DNA of 64,000 bases from a bacterium (GTDB lineage Bacteria; JAHJDO01): contig JBDRTG010000005.1 of assembly GCA_043824255.1 (NCBI GenBank), positions 1 to 64,000 of the forward strand, in the 5' to 3' direction. Positions 37,992-46,763 of the stretch are shown here, piece by piece. Both the position numbers and the translations under genes were made by a program. Below the pieces are notes generated by a model. The model worked only from the letters and a program-made list of their open reading frames with translations. It ran no database searches and was not told where the DNA came from. The stretch's first letter is position 1, and every line of letters begins with the position of its first letter.

Positions 37992-38834
37992 TTAGATTAT
38001 AAGAAGCATTTCACGTAATAGTTTTGCAGCAAGAAAAGAAGATATATTTGATGGGTCACAATGTGGGGAAAGTTCAACCAAATCAAGCCCAACTATATGC
38101 AGCTTTTTTGCGTATTCCAAGAATGTCATAACAGTGTTAAAACAAATACCTCCGGCTTCTGGATTGCCTGTTCCGGGAACGAAGGACGGGTCAAAAACAT
38201 CTATGTCTAACGTTATATAAACTGGCTTCTTTGCAGCCACCTTTATGAGCCTTTCAAAATCCTTTTTATTAAATTGATAGATAGTATTATGTTTTTTACA
38301 AAGAGATAACTCCTCTTTCAATCCTGACCTGATTCCAAATTGACATATATTTTGGAAACCAATAAGCTCAGATATTCTTCTCATGACTGTAGCATGAGAT
38401 AACCTTTCCCCCATATATTGATCTCTCAAATCGGTATGCGCATCAAGCTGTATTACATTCAGGTTTTTGTATTTTTTATAACATTCTTTTATTACCGCTA
38501 GAGAAATTAAATGTTCCCCGCCAATTGTTACAGGAACTTTCCCGTCTCGCAAAATATCTTTAACTAGTTTTTTTACCTGATTAAGAGCACGTATTTTCTC
38601 GCCAAATGGAAGTTCCAGATCCCCAATATCAGCAATTCTTAAATCTTCCGTATCCTTAAACTGTAAAGGGCTATAAGTTTCTATGCTTCTGGATGCTTCC
38701 CTTATAGCGTCTGGAGCAAATCTCGAACCGCTGCGATATGAGGATGTTCCGTCGAAAGGAGCGCCAAAAATTACTATATCTGCGTCTTCATATTTTTTAT
38801 TAGCGCATATGTATTGGTTAGTGCTTAACTGCAT
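37992..38834 (-). CDS. speB: Agmatinase
   Basis: GGEH, DAHTDLR, DIDVFDP, PGTG. Confidence 0.93.
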   Translation of the reverse strand: MQLSTNQYICANKKYEDADIVIFGAPFDGTSSYRSGSRFAPDAIREASRSIETYSPLQFKDTEDLRIADIGDLELPFGEKIRALNQVKKLVKDILRDGKVPVTIGGEHLISLAVIKECYKKYKNLNVIQLDAHTDLRDQYMGERLSHATVMRRISELIGFQNICQFGIRSGLKEELSLCKKHNTIYQFNKKDFERLIKVAAKKPVYITLDIDVFDPSFVPGTGNPEAGGICFNTVMTFLEYAKKLHIVGLDLVELSPHCDPSNISSFLAAKLLREMLLII

Positions 38835-39661
38835 AATTTTTGCGCAAAGTTTGGCAGGGCAAAACTGGCTTTGTGAATTTCAGAGTTGTAATACTTTAGC
38901 TGAGCCTGAATATCTGCTGCCCTTTTCTGATTAAAATCCTCTATTGGATCATACTTCTTGGAACCAAAAGAAAAACTCCAGTATCCACTCGGATAGGTAG
39001 GAATGGAAGCCGTATACATCTTGACTATCGGGAAAACAGATTTAATGTTTTTAAATATATCCGCAACTAAATTGCCGTTAATAAATGGGGATTCAGTTTG
39101 AGCAACCATAATACCATCCTCTTTCAAACTATCAAAAACTGATCTATAAAACTCTCTTCTGAATAACCCTTCTCCTGGGCCAATGGGATCAGTAGAATCT
39201 ATAATTACAATGTCATACTCATTTTTATGCTTCTTAATATACTCTATCCCATCTTTAACAATAATATTAACCTTTGGATCTTTAAGCTTGCTAGTGACAT
39301 TTGGAAAAAACTCCATGCTTTTTTCTATTACCATCTTATCTATTTCAACCAAATCTGCTTTTTTAACTTCAGAGTGCCTCAGAATTTCTCTGATAGTTCC
39401 ACCATCTCCCCCTCCTATAACTAGAATATTTGACGGATTTGGGTGAACACATATTGGAGTATGAGTAATCATTTCGTGATAAACAAATTCATCACGTTCA
39501 GTAATCATAACAAGCCCGTCCAAAAGAAGCATGCGACCAAATTCAAACGTATCCAGAACATCAATTACTTGATATTCACTTTTGCCATGAAATAAAGCTG
39601 TTTTTATCTTTAGCGTAATTCCTAAATTTTTTGTGTGTTTTTCAGTAAACCATAGTTCCAT
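38825..39661 (-). CDS. speE: Spermidine synthase
   Basis: DEFVYHEMI.H, VIGGGDGG, DSTDP. Confidence 0.95.
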   Translation of the reverse strand: MELWFTEKHTKNLGITLKIKTALFHGKSEYQVIDVLDTFEFGRMLLLDGLVMITERDEFVYHEMITHTPICVHPNPSNILVIGGGDGGTIREILRHSEVKKADLVEIDKMVIEKSMEFFPNVTSKLKDPKVNIIVKDGIEYIKKHKNEYDIVIIDSTDPIGPGEGLFRREFYRSVFDSLKEDGIMVAQTESPFINGNLVADIFKNIKSVFPIVKMYTASIPTYPSGYWSFSFGSKKYDPIEDFNQKRAADIQAQLKYYNSEIHKASFALPNFAQKLCS

Positions 39662-40141
39662 TTATATCTCCCCAGCATCCCATAAGACAACTGCAGCAAA
39701 CGCATTACCTATCTTCTTTACTTTATGCTCCATGCTTTTAGAAGTAAGCTTCCTTATTTTTTCTCCTCTGGAAGACATCCCGTCTTCCGACATTCTTCTT
39801 GCAATTTTCTCAACATCTTCCTTATGGCCTCTGGCTGAATATTCCATTATTAGACCAGATTTAGAATCATCCTCAGGTATTGCCACGGCAACTGCTGCAG
39901 AAATAATCTCCCCTGGAATATCAGAACTAATAGATGCATACGCTACCGGCACTAATGCCCCAAAAGGAAGACTAACAGGTTTTATTTTTTTACAAGCAGG
40001 AGGAACTATGCTACTCATTCTAACAAGATTTGTATTTCCTATTCCGGAATTAAGCAATGCCATATCAAAAGCATTTAAAGGAGTGTTCCCCTCTCCTTCT
40101 CCTGAAACAAGAAAAAAACAGGTTGGAGTTTTTATAATCAT
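39662..40141 (-). CDS. pdaD: Pyruvoyl-dependent arginine decarboxylase
   Basis: GEG...LNAFD.AL...[14 protein letters not shown] (Ser-Ser self-cleavage site). Confidence 0.88.
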   Translation of the reverse strand: MIIKTPTCFFLVSGEGEGNTPLNAFDMALLNSGIGNTNLVRMSSIVPPACKKIKPVSLPFGALVPVAYASISSDIPGEIISAAVAVAIPEDDSKSGLIMEYSARGHKEDVEKIARRMSEDGMSSRGEKIRKLTSKSMEHKVKKIGNAFAAVVLWDAGEI

Positions 40142-40506
40142 TTATTCTGCCCCTCTTTTACTCCCTGCCCTCTTCTCATCTCAAATACTGTAGAACGCTT
40201 AGCTTTTAGCTTCTCCTTCAAGAATTCATATGCTTTCCACGGAACTACTGTGTTGCCGCATGTAAAAACATCCACTGATGCAAAACAATGTTCAGGCCAT
40301 GTATGAATTGCAAGATGAGACTCTGCTATCACTACTACGCCGCTCACGCCGTGAGGATTAAAAAGATGAAATACGCTTTTAATTACTGTCGCGCCACAAA
40401 CATTAGCCGCTTCATTCATGATTTTCTCTATCATATCAGCATCGTTTAAAAAAGTCTTATCACAATCATAAAGTTCCCCTAAAATATGTTTACTTAAAGC
40501 ATCCAT
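40138..40506 (-). CDS. speD: S-adenosylmethionine decarboxylase proenzyme
   Basis: [30 protein letters not shown] at 40506 after AGGAG. Confidence 0.94.
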   Translation of the reverse strand: MDALSKHILGELYDCDKTFLNDADMIEKIMNEAANVCGATVIKSVFHLFNPHGVSGVVVIAESHLAIHTWPEHCFASVDVFTCGNTVVPWKAYEFLKEKLKAKRSTVFEMRRGQGVKEGQNK

Positions 40507-40520
40507 TTCATATCTCCTTT

Positions 40521-41066
40521 CTAAAAAGTTGGCGGGGATGAAACCCAGAGAAGCTTTGCTCTCTTTTTCCCAACATTTTCTATATAATGACTTGCCTCTG
40601 ACTGGAAATAAAAACACTGCCCGCTAAATATTTTCATAACTCTTTTATCCAGATGAAGAGCAATTTTACCTGCCATAACAAAGCCAAACTCCTCACCTTC
40701 ATGAATTTTATCTTCTGAGGTTGCTTGCCCGACATCCAAATCCACTAACACAACATCCATATTTCTGTTTTGAGCCCCTGGAACCAAGACTTCAACTTTC
40801 GGAACCCCTTCCCCTTCTGAGATGGCAATTCTATCACGCTTACTGTATATGATTTTATTTCTTTCTACCTTACTGAAAAAAGAGGATAAATCTTCATCTA
40901 ACACCTCTAATATTTGAGTTAAGGTTGCAATGCTTGGAGATGTTAAATCTCTTTCTAGTTGTGAAAGAAATCCTTTTGTAAGATTTGACCTGGAAGCAAG
41001 TTCCTGCAAAGTCAGTCTGCTTTCTACGCGTAATCTTTTTATTTTTTGGCCAATCTTTATATCCAT
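40521..41066 (-). CDS. XRE-HTH + cupin regulator (PuuR-like)
   Basis: [25 protein letters not shown] cupin motif; heads the polyamine operon. Confidence 0.88.
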   Translation of the reverse strand: MDIKIGQKIKRLRVESRLTLQELASRSNLTKGFLSQLERDLTSPSIATLTQILEVLDEDLSSFFSKVERNKIIYSKRDRIAISEGEGVPKVEVLVPGAQNRNMDVVLVDLDVGQATSEDKIHEGEEFGFVMAGKIALHLDKRVMKIFSGQCFYFQSEASHYIENVGKKRAKLLWVSSPPTF

Positions 41067-41067
41067 A

Positions 41068-41125
41068 AAAGTTTCCTAATTTAAACTTTCTATGGAAGTA
41101 TATAAAACACTAAAAAAACTGTCAA
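41068..41125 (-). promoter_or_regulatory. Polyamine operon promoter with downstream inverted repeat
   Basis: TTGACA (41120-41125), 17 nt, TATACT (41097-41102); AAAGTTT-N8-AAACTTT at 41068-41089. Confidence 0.7.
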
Positions 41126-41150
41126 TAAAAAAATTCCTTATATTTTCTTT

Positions 41151-41396
41151 TTAATGAATCTGTTCCTTTTTCCTTTCATCTATCTGGATGTTCAATCGTT
41201 GTTCTCCTGCTTTTAAAATAGCCTTCAGCATTTCTGAATAAGACATACCTGCTATACTTGCCATCTTCGCAAGATGCCCATCCCAGCACCAGCCCGGATT
41301 GGGATTCACCTCAAGAAGCTTAGGATTGCCTTCCGAGTCAAGTCTCCAATCAAAACAGCTTGAATTTACGTAGTTTTTTAAGATTTTTAGTCTCAT
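41151..41396 (-). pseudogene. Detached C-terminal fragment of the ATP-grasp ligase gene at 46760-48700
   Basis: FDWRLDSEGNPKLLEVNPNPGWCWDGHL is identical to the C-terminus of the full gene. Confidence 0.8.
41190..41359. repeat. 170-bp imperfect direct repeat, copy 1 (copy 2 at 46781-46950)
   Basis: Ungapped; 16 mismatches counted by hand (about 91%). Confidence 0.9.
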
Positions 41397-41397
41397 T

Positions 41398-43662
41398 TTA
41401 CCTAATAATAATATTCTCAGCCAGCCGCAGTTCCAGCAGGGCTTGGAGAAAGGATAGCGTCGACTCCGCGCCCTGATTCTCGTTCACACGGTCGGGATGC
41501 AGGCCGTCCCGACAACCGCCTGTCGTCGGATCGTAGAGGGGCAGATTAAGATCATTGCGTCCAAGGAACCATTCAAAGGCGCGGCGGGCTTCCTTGTGCC
41601 AGCGTTCATCGAGCGTGATCCGGTAGGCTTCGAGACAGGCAGAGACCATCGCCTGCGCCTCCACCGGCTGTTGATCGAACCGGGCCCGCTCACCACCTTG
41701 CGGATAAAAACCATCGGATCCGATAGGAACAAAATACCCCGCGTCCGCGCGCTGCAAGTCAGCCAGCCAACTCAGCGACTCCAATCCGGTTTCGGTCATG
41801 GCGGCATTGGACATCGCTTGGCCACATAGGAGCAAGGCGTGCGGTAACGCGGCGTTGCAATAGGTCAGCCGGTCTTCATACCAGCACCATTCATCTGAGT
41901 GGTGGTTTTTATACAACGTCAGCAGCCGCCCGGACAATTTCTCGCGAACCTGGCCAGCCTGGCGGTCACCGGCAAACCGCTGTAGGTATTCTTGGATGCC
42001 AATGATCGCAAAAGCCCAAGCGCGCGGGCTTGGTGTATCAAGAATAGCTGGTAAAGCCTGCTCGAACAACCAGCCCGCCATATTGTGCAAGGTCGGCATA
42101 TTCAAGCGACCCAACACGGTGCCTAACGCCCGCAATGTTCGGCCGTAGCTGTCGTCGGAACCGCTATCTTCCAGCCAATTGCGCTGGTAATCTATAAAGT
42201 TACGGAAGCGTCTGGTTTTCGTATTGAAGGCATACCATATAAAGGCGAGATAACGGGAGCCTAGTTCTAAAGCCTCTTCGTTGCCCAGGTCTTCCATAAG
42301 GGCGCTTACCATCAGCGCGCGGGCGTTGTCATCGGTAGTGTAGCCCTCGTGATAGTTGGGCACCGTGAAAATGGCGTGTTGCATGATGCCGGTTTTGTCC
42401 GTCATATGACGCAGGTGATCCAGTTTGAGAGGCGGCAATTCGCCCGGGCGTTTGTCCAGAGGTTTAACCGCAAAGTCAGGGTGAACAAAATGACGGCGTT
42501 CCATTCGCGCGCGTTCAAAACACTCCATATAACGGCTTGCTACCTGCGGCCAGATCATCTCTCGCCCAAACACATAGGCTCGCTTGCGCATGGCGTGGCG
42601 CTGAGACTCATTGTCTAAAAGGTCAATCACCTGATCGGCCAGCGCTGCCGGATCCCGGAACGGCACCAGCACTCCCCGTCCTTCGGCCAGCATCTCTTCC
42701 GCATACCAATACGGTGTAGAAATCACCGCCTTGCCCGCCCCCAGAGTGTAAGCGAGTGTGCCGGAGGTGATTTGCGCTACATCGAGATAGGGCGTGATGT
42801 AAATATCCGCTGCGCTGATGAATTTAACAAGTTCTTCCAAACTTACAAAGCGGTTGTAAAAGATCACCTGACCTTCCACGCCTTTCTCCTGAGCCAGCCA
42901 TTGCAGGGACAGCCGGTATGTTTCGCCTTCATTCTGCACGACATGAGGGTGGGTCGCGCCAAGGACGATGTATACCACGTTCGGGTGCCGGGCTAAAATG
43001 GCGGGCAGGGCGGCGATGACATTTTCGATGCCTTTACTCGCCGAAAGCAAACCAAAGCTGAGCAAGACGATTTTGCCCTCAACCCCAAACAGGTCTTTGT
43101 GAAAACTTGGGTCTACAAAGGGCACATCAGGGATGCCGTGCGGGATCAGATCAATCTTATCCGGCGGCACGCCATAGACCTCATGCAGGAATTCTGCGCC
43201 GCGCTTACTCATAACAACCAGCCGATCAGACAAAGCCGCGACTTCTTCCAATACCCGCTTCTGATCAAGGTCGGGATCGCGCAGAATGGTGTGTAGTGTC
43301 GTGACAATGGGCATCCGCAATTCGCGCAAGAGCTCTAGGATGTGACTGCCCGCGTGTCCGCCAAAAATGCCATACTCATGCTGCAGGGATACGAGGTCTA
43401 CGTTGTTGATATTCAGGAAGTCAGCAGCGCGGCGATAGGAATTAATATCCTTCTCTGTGAGCTCAAACCGCACGCGGAGCGGATAGGCGTAACCGGCCTT
43501 GATGTCATTGACCGGCAGGGCAATGCAGGTTGTTTGACTATATTGGGCGGCAATGGTCTCACACAAATCAGTAGTAAATGTGGCGATACCGCACTGACGC
43601 GGCAAGTAGTTGCCGATGAACGCAATGCGATTAAGTATTGAATTGGTTGAATTGTGACCCAT
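41398..43662 (-). CDS. GT4 glycosyltransferase fused to an (alpha/alpha)6 glycosidase-like domain; GC-rich
   Basis: PRQCGIATFT, QHEYGIFGG, SGTLAY, STPYWYA; C-terminal GYTTDDNARAL, FDQQPVE, NQGAES. Confidence 0.88.
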   Translation of the reverse strand: MGHNSTNSILNRIAFIGNYLPRQCGIATFTTDLCETIAAQYSQTTCIALPVNDIKAGYAYPLRVRFELTEKDINSYRRAADFLNINNVDLVSLQHEYGIFGGHAGSHILELLRELRMPIVTTLHTILRDPDLDQKRVLEEVAALSDRLVVMSKRGAEFLHEVYGVPPDKIDLIPHGIPDVPFVDPSFHKDLFGVEGKIVLLSFGLLSASKGIENVIAALPAILARHPNVVYIVLGATHPHVVQNEGETYRLSLQWLAQEKGVEGQVIFYNRFVSLEELVKFISAADIYITPYLDVAQITSGTLAYTLGAGKAVISTPYWYAEEMLAEGRGVLVPFRDPAALADQVIDLLDNESQRHAMRKRAYVFGREMIWPQVASRYMECFERARMERRHFVHPDFAVKPLDKRPGELPPLKLDHLRHMTDKTGIMQHAIFTVPNYHEGYTTDDNARALMVSALMEDLGNEEALELGSRYLAFIWYAFNTKTRRFRNFIDYQRNWLEDSGSDDSYGRTLRALGTVLGRLNMPTLHNMAGWLFEQALPAILDTPSPRAWAFAIIGIQEYLQRFAGDRQAGQVREKLSGRLLTLYKNHHSDEWCWYEDRLTYCNAALPHALLLCGQAMSNAAMTETGLESLSWLADLQRADAGYFVPIGSDGFYPQGGERARFDQQPVEAQAMVSACLEAYRITLDERWHKEARRAFEWFLGRNDLNLPLYDPTTGGCRDGLHPDRVNENQGAESTLSFLQALLELRLAENIIIR

Positions 43663-43684
43663 GACGAACATCTCCTTTCTGGAA

Positions 43685-43810
43685 ACCAGCTTCCTTTCTT
43701 CTTATAGGGCTTGATAACAACACTTACAATATCAAACTTTCCTCTTTTTTCTGCCAAAAGTTTTAAAGACGGAAGAGTAAAATTATCAGAACCAAAAAAA
43801 TTATTTTCAT
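43685..43810 (-). pseudogene. fmt: Frameshifted 5' relic of methionyl-tRNA formyltransferase
   Basis: MKIIF/(shift in T7)/FGSDNFTLPSLKLL...DIVSVVIKPYKKKG resembles the Fmt N-terminus. Confidence 0.55.
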
Positions 43811-43811
43811 A

Positions 43812-44978
43812 TTATCTAATTTCCTCGAAAAAAGGCGTTCTCTTCTTTTCTACACACTCAGCAGCATAAAGATACATAGCAGCAGACCAACTTTGCCAAT
43901 TCTGTCCCCGAGGTGTACCGTCTTGTGCGCGATGCCATTCGTTAAATCCGAACTCAGTTTTTGCTTCCCTTGTCTGTTTAACAAGTTTTGCCAAAGATAG
44001 TAATTTTCTTTTTGCCAGATTCAACATCCCCGCAGAAACTAAAGCTGCAATATAAAACCCACAAACAAAAGGCCAGATACCACCATTATGATATTCTCCC
44101 AGCTGATTGTATTTCTTGTAACGTGGTAGCCAATCAGGATCTTCTTCTTTGATATAAGGGAAAAAATTAGGGGGTAAATCAACAGCCAATTCTCCTCTAT
44201 TCGTCATCGCTTTGCACTCAGTCTCTATCCAGCTAATAAGTTTTTTTGCCCTGGAAGGTTGCGCTATTCCGGATAAGATTGCAAGGCTGTTGCCTAGCAA
44301 ATCAAAGCGTTCGCTTCTATATATTTTATATGACCATATTGCATAATAAGGTTTAGACCGCAGCACCAATCCTTCATGGACATGGCGGTTCTGCTTGTCA
44401 TCTTTTACAGTAAAACGAGTCATATGCTTTTTAAGAATTCCAGCCCGTTCATTTAATCCAAACAATTTAAGATAAATATAAACAAGTGTGTTCACAAATA
44501 ATCCATATCCTAAAACCCACTGCTCGTCACGCCAGTCGCTGGTTGGTAATTGTGAAACCATAATGCGATTAGTAGGGCTGCGATATTCCATCCATGTAAT
44601 AGACTTTCTAACAGCATCTTCAAGAAAATCCGGTTCATTCATAACCTTCCTCCACAGCCCAACACCAATTAAAAATAGAGGTGTACAATCACTAGAGCCA
44701 CGGTCTTCAGAATCGTGAACTAAAGAAGGAATATGGCCCAAAGGAGATTGGTTTTTCGCTAATGTTTCAAGAACACGCTTCATTGATTTAATCAACTTTT
44801 TATTTTTTGTCGTAAGAATCCCAAAGGAACTAATCAGCAAATCTCTTGTATATGGTTCAGGATAACCCCAGCCTGCAGTTCTCGGTAAACCACGATATGG
44901 ACCATGGTTATTGTGTAATAAAACTTCTAAAGCAGCATGCTTCGCTTTTTCCAAAAGTTCTTTATCTTTCTTTTTCAT
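43812..44978 (-). CDS. (alpha/alpha)6 glycoside hydrolase (amylo-alpha-1,6-glucosidase / neutral invertase-like)
   Basis: YTRD, SDWRDE, FDLLGNSLAI, YHNGGIWP, FNEW, QSWSAA. Confidence 0.8.
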   Translation of the reverse strand: MKKKDKELLEKAKHAALEVLLHNNHGPYRGLPRTAGWGYPEPYTRDLLISSFGILTTKNKKLIKSMKRVLETLAKNQSPLGHIPSLVHDSEDRGSSDCTPLFLIGVGLWRKVMNEPDFLEDAVRKSITWMEYRSPTNRIMVSQLPTSDWRDEQWVLGYGLFVNTLVYIYLKLFGLNERAGILKKHMTRFTVKDDKQNRHVHEGLVLRSKPYYAIWSYKIYRSERFDLLGNSLAILSGIAQPSRAKKLISWIETECKAMTNRGELAVDLPPNFFPYIKEEDPDWLPRYKKYNQLGEYHNGGIWPFVCGFYIAALVSAGMLNLAKRKLLSLAKLVKQTREAKTEFGFNEWHRAQDGTPRGQNWQSWSAAMYLYAAECVEKKRTPFFEEIR

Positions 44979-44979
44979 A

Positions 44980-46122
44980 CTACGAAATCCCCAAACGCTT
45001 TGATACTATTTGAACAAACTTTTTAGCTATAAGTCGATAATCAAAATTTTCAACGACCCTCTTTCTTCCTTCTTTACCCATTTTTTCTCTCAAGTCAGCG
45101 TCTTGCATTAAATCCATAAGATATTTAGCAATATCATTAACACTAGCTCTGTAATCTACCGTCCTTGGTCTTTTAAAAGTATGTATATGTCCATCCTCGT
45201 ATCCGGATTCATCTCCAAGAATTGTTTCTCTAAGTTTAATTTCCTGAGCAACATCAGCTAAAAAAGCCGTTTTTCCATGAACCAAGGTATCCAGCATCCC
45301 CATTGCTTTTATTCCTATGACCGGTTTCCCGCATGCATTTGCTTCTATTTGAATCATACCAAATCCTTCCAAACGAGACGGAGCGGCATAAATATCACAG
45401 GCGGATAATAAATAGGGCATAAAATTTCTGGAAACGCTGTTTATAGTATAAACTACATTTTTATCTATCCCTAAATGGGTGGCTAATTGCAAATCGTCTA
45501 GATTCTGCCGATATGTACGCGGTTGTGGCCAAACTTTACAAACATATTTCCAATCAGGAGCCTTAGTATCGTTTATCGCTAAAGCCTGCATAACTTCCTG
45601 TGCACCTTTTGAGGCTGCATCACCGCCTACAGTTAAAATCATTATTTGGTCATCTGCTATGCCTAAAGTTTCACGCACAGCGATAACCTTTGGCTCTTTC
45701 TTATCACGAGGCATAAAAGCATCCGTATCACAACCTACGTGCAAAACCTCAATGTTTTTACCACTAAGACCATCACGTATATACACTTTTTTAACCCAAT
45801 TGGAAGTAACAAGCACTAAAGGCAAATTGTCAAGTATCTCACTATAGTTCGCCATATAACCATCAGCGACCAGCCAAGGAACAGCTGTTAACCCGTATCT
45901 TTGGGGATGAAGGACTAAATGAGATGTTTGCCCCCAGTATCCAATGCCTACAACAATATCAGGTTCAAACCACCTGTAATACCACTCTTTCTCTTGAGCA
46001 GACTCAAAGTTTACAGAATAAACATCAATCCCCATTTCCTCCAGCCCTCTATGCAACAAATGTCCTTGTGTTGCAAGACCTGCCGGCGGGGGAGGGTAAT
46101 CATATAAAAGCAATACTTTCAT
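44980..46122 (-). CDS. GT4 glycosyltransferase
   Basis: DIYAAPSRLEGFGM..IEA.ACGKPVI. Confidence 0.9.
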   Translation of the reverse strand: MKVLLLYDYPPPPAGLATQGHLLHRGLEEMGIDVYSVNFESAQEKEWYYRWFEPDIVVGIGYWGQTSHLVLHPQRYGLTAVPWLVADGYMANYSEILDNLPLVLVTSNWVKKVYIRDGLSGKNIEVLHVGCDTDAFMPRDKKEPKVIAVRETLGIADDQIMILTVGGDAASKGAQEVMQALAINDTKAPDWKYVCKVWPQPRTYRQNLDDLQLATHLGIDKNVVYTINSVSRNFMPYLLSACDIYAAPSRLEGFGMIQIEANACGKPVIGIKAMGMLDTLVHGKTAFLADVAQEIKLRETILGDESGYEDGHIHTFKRPRTVDYRASVNDIAKYLMDLMQDADLREKMGKEGRKRVVENFDYRLIAKKFVQIVSKRLGIS

Positions 46123-46136
46123 TTAAACTCTCCTTT

Positions 46137-46763
46137 CTAAATTTTCATACGCCAGAATGCTTCTTTTCTGGGTGTTGTTCTTGCTTCAAAACTATCCTTA
46201 TCAAAACCATATATTTCAGTTATAATATTATACTTCCTCTGCCATATCTCATCAGTAAGTTCAACTAACAAATCTGCCTCAACAATCGCTTTTGGGAGAT
46301 ATTTTCCATTACTATCTTCATATGCAAATGTCCATAACTGATTTGCGGATACTTTCTTATTGCGCCACAAACTTAAAACTGCATTTGCAGTTTCTTCATG
46401 CCTTAAATGTCTTGTGTACTCACCATCCAAACTATGTGTAATAATAATCTCAAACATGCTGGAAGGCAATAATTCCATTATAGTTTTTTGAATTTCTATA
46501 CTACTTAAAGAATTTTGTTCTGGCCCATCATCCAAATCAGCCATAAAGCCAGCTGCTTTGAAATTATCAAGAGTTTTAAAAAACTTAGGAGCACGGTTAG
46601 TATCACTTTTTCTGCAAATTGTAATTATTGTCCAGTCAACTTGCGTATTTGAAAGTATCATGCCTCCAGCCCACAAAGTTTCATCATCCGGATGGGCAAC
46701 GATAACAGCGCATTTACTGTTTTTCTTTATTGGCGCAACCCCATTATAAAAGTTTTTTGTCAT
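46137..46763 (-). CDS. PIG-L/LmbE-family de-N-acetylase
   Basis: VAHPDDE, ITH...GEY.RHLRH; ATGA overlap with upstream gene. Confidence 0.85.
   Translation of the reverse strand: MTKNFYNGVAPIKKNSKCAVIVAHPDDETLWAGGMILSNTQVDWTIITICRKSDTNRAPKFFKTLDNFKAAGFMADLDDGPEQNSLSSIEIQKTIMELLPSSMFEIIITHSLDGEYTRHLRHEETANAVLSLWRNKKVSANQLWTFAYEDSNGKYLPKAIVEADLLVELTDEIWQRKYNIITEIYGFDKDSFEARTTPRKEAFWRMKI

Noticed and set aside
43413..43757. 114-aa ORF overlapping the GT4 start
   Set aside because: Only its first part is meaningful (fmt relic); the rest is an alternative frame of the GT4 gene
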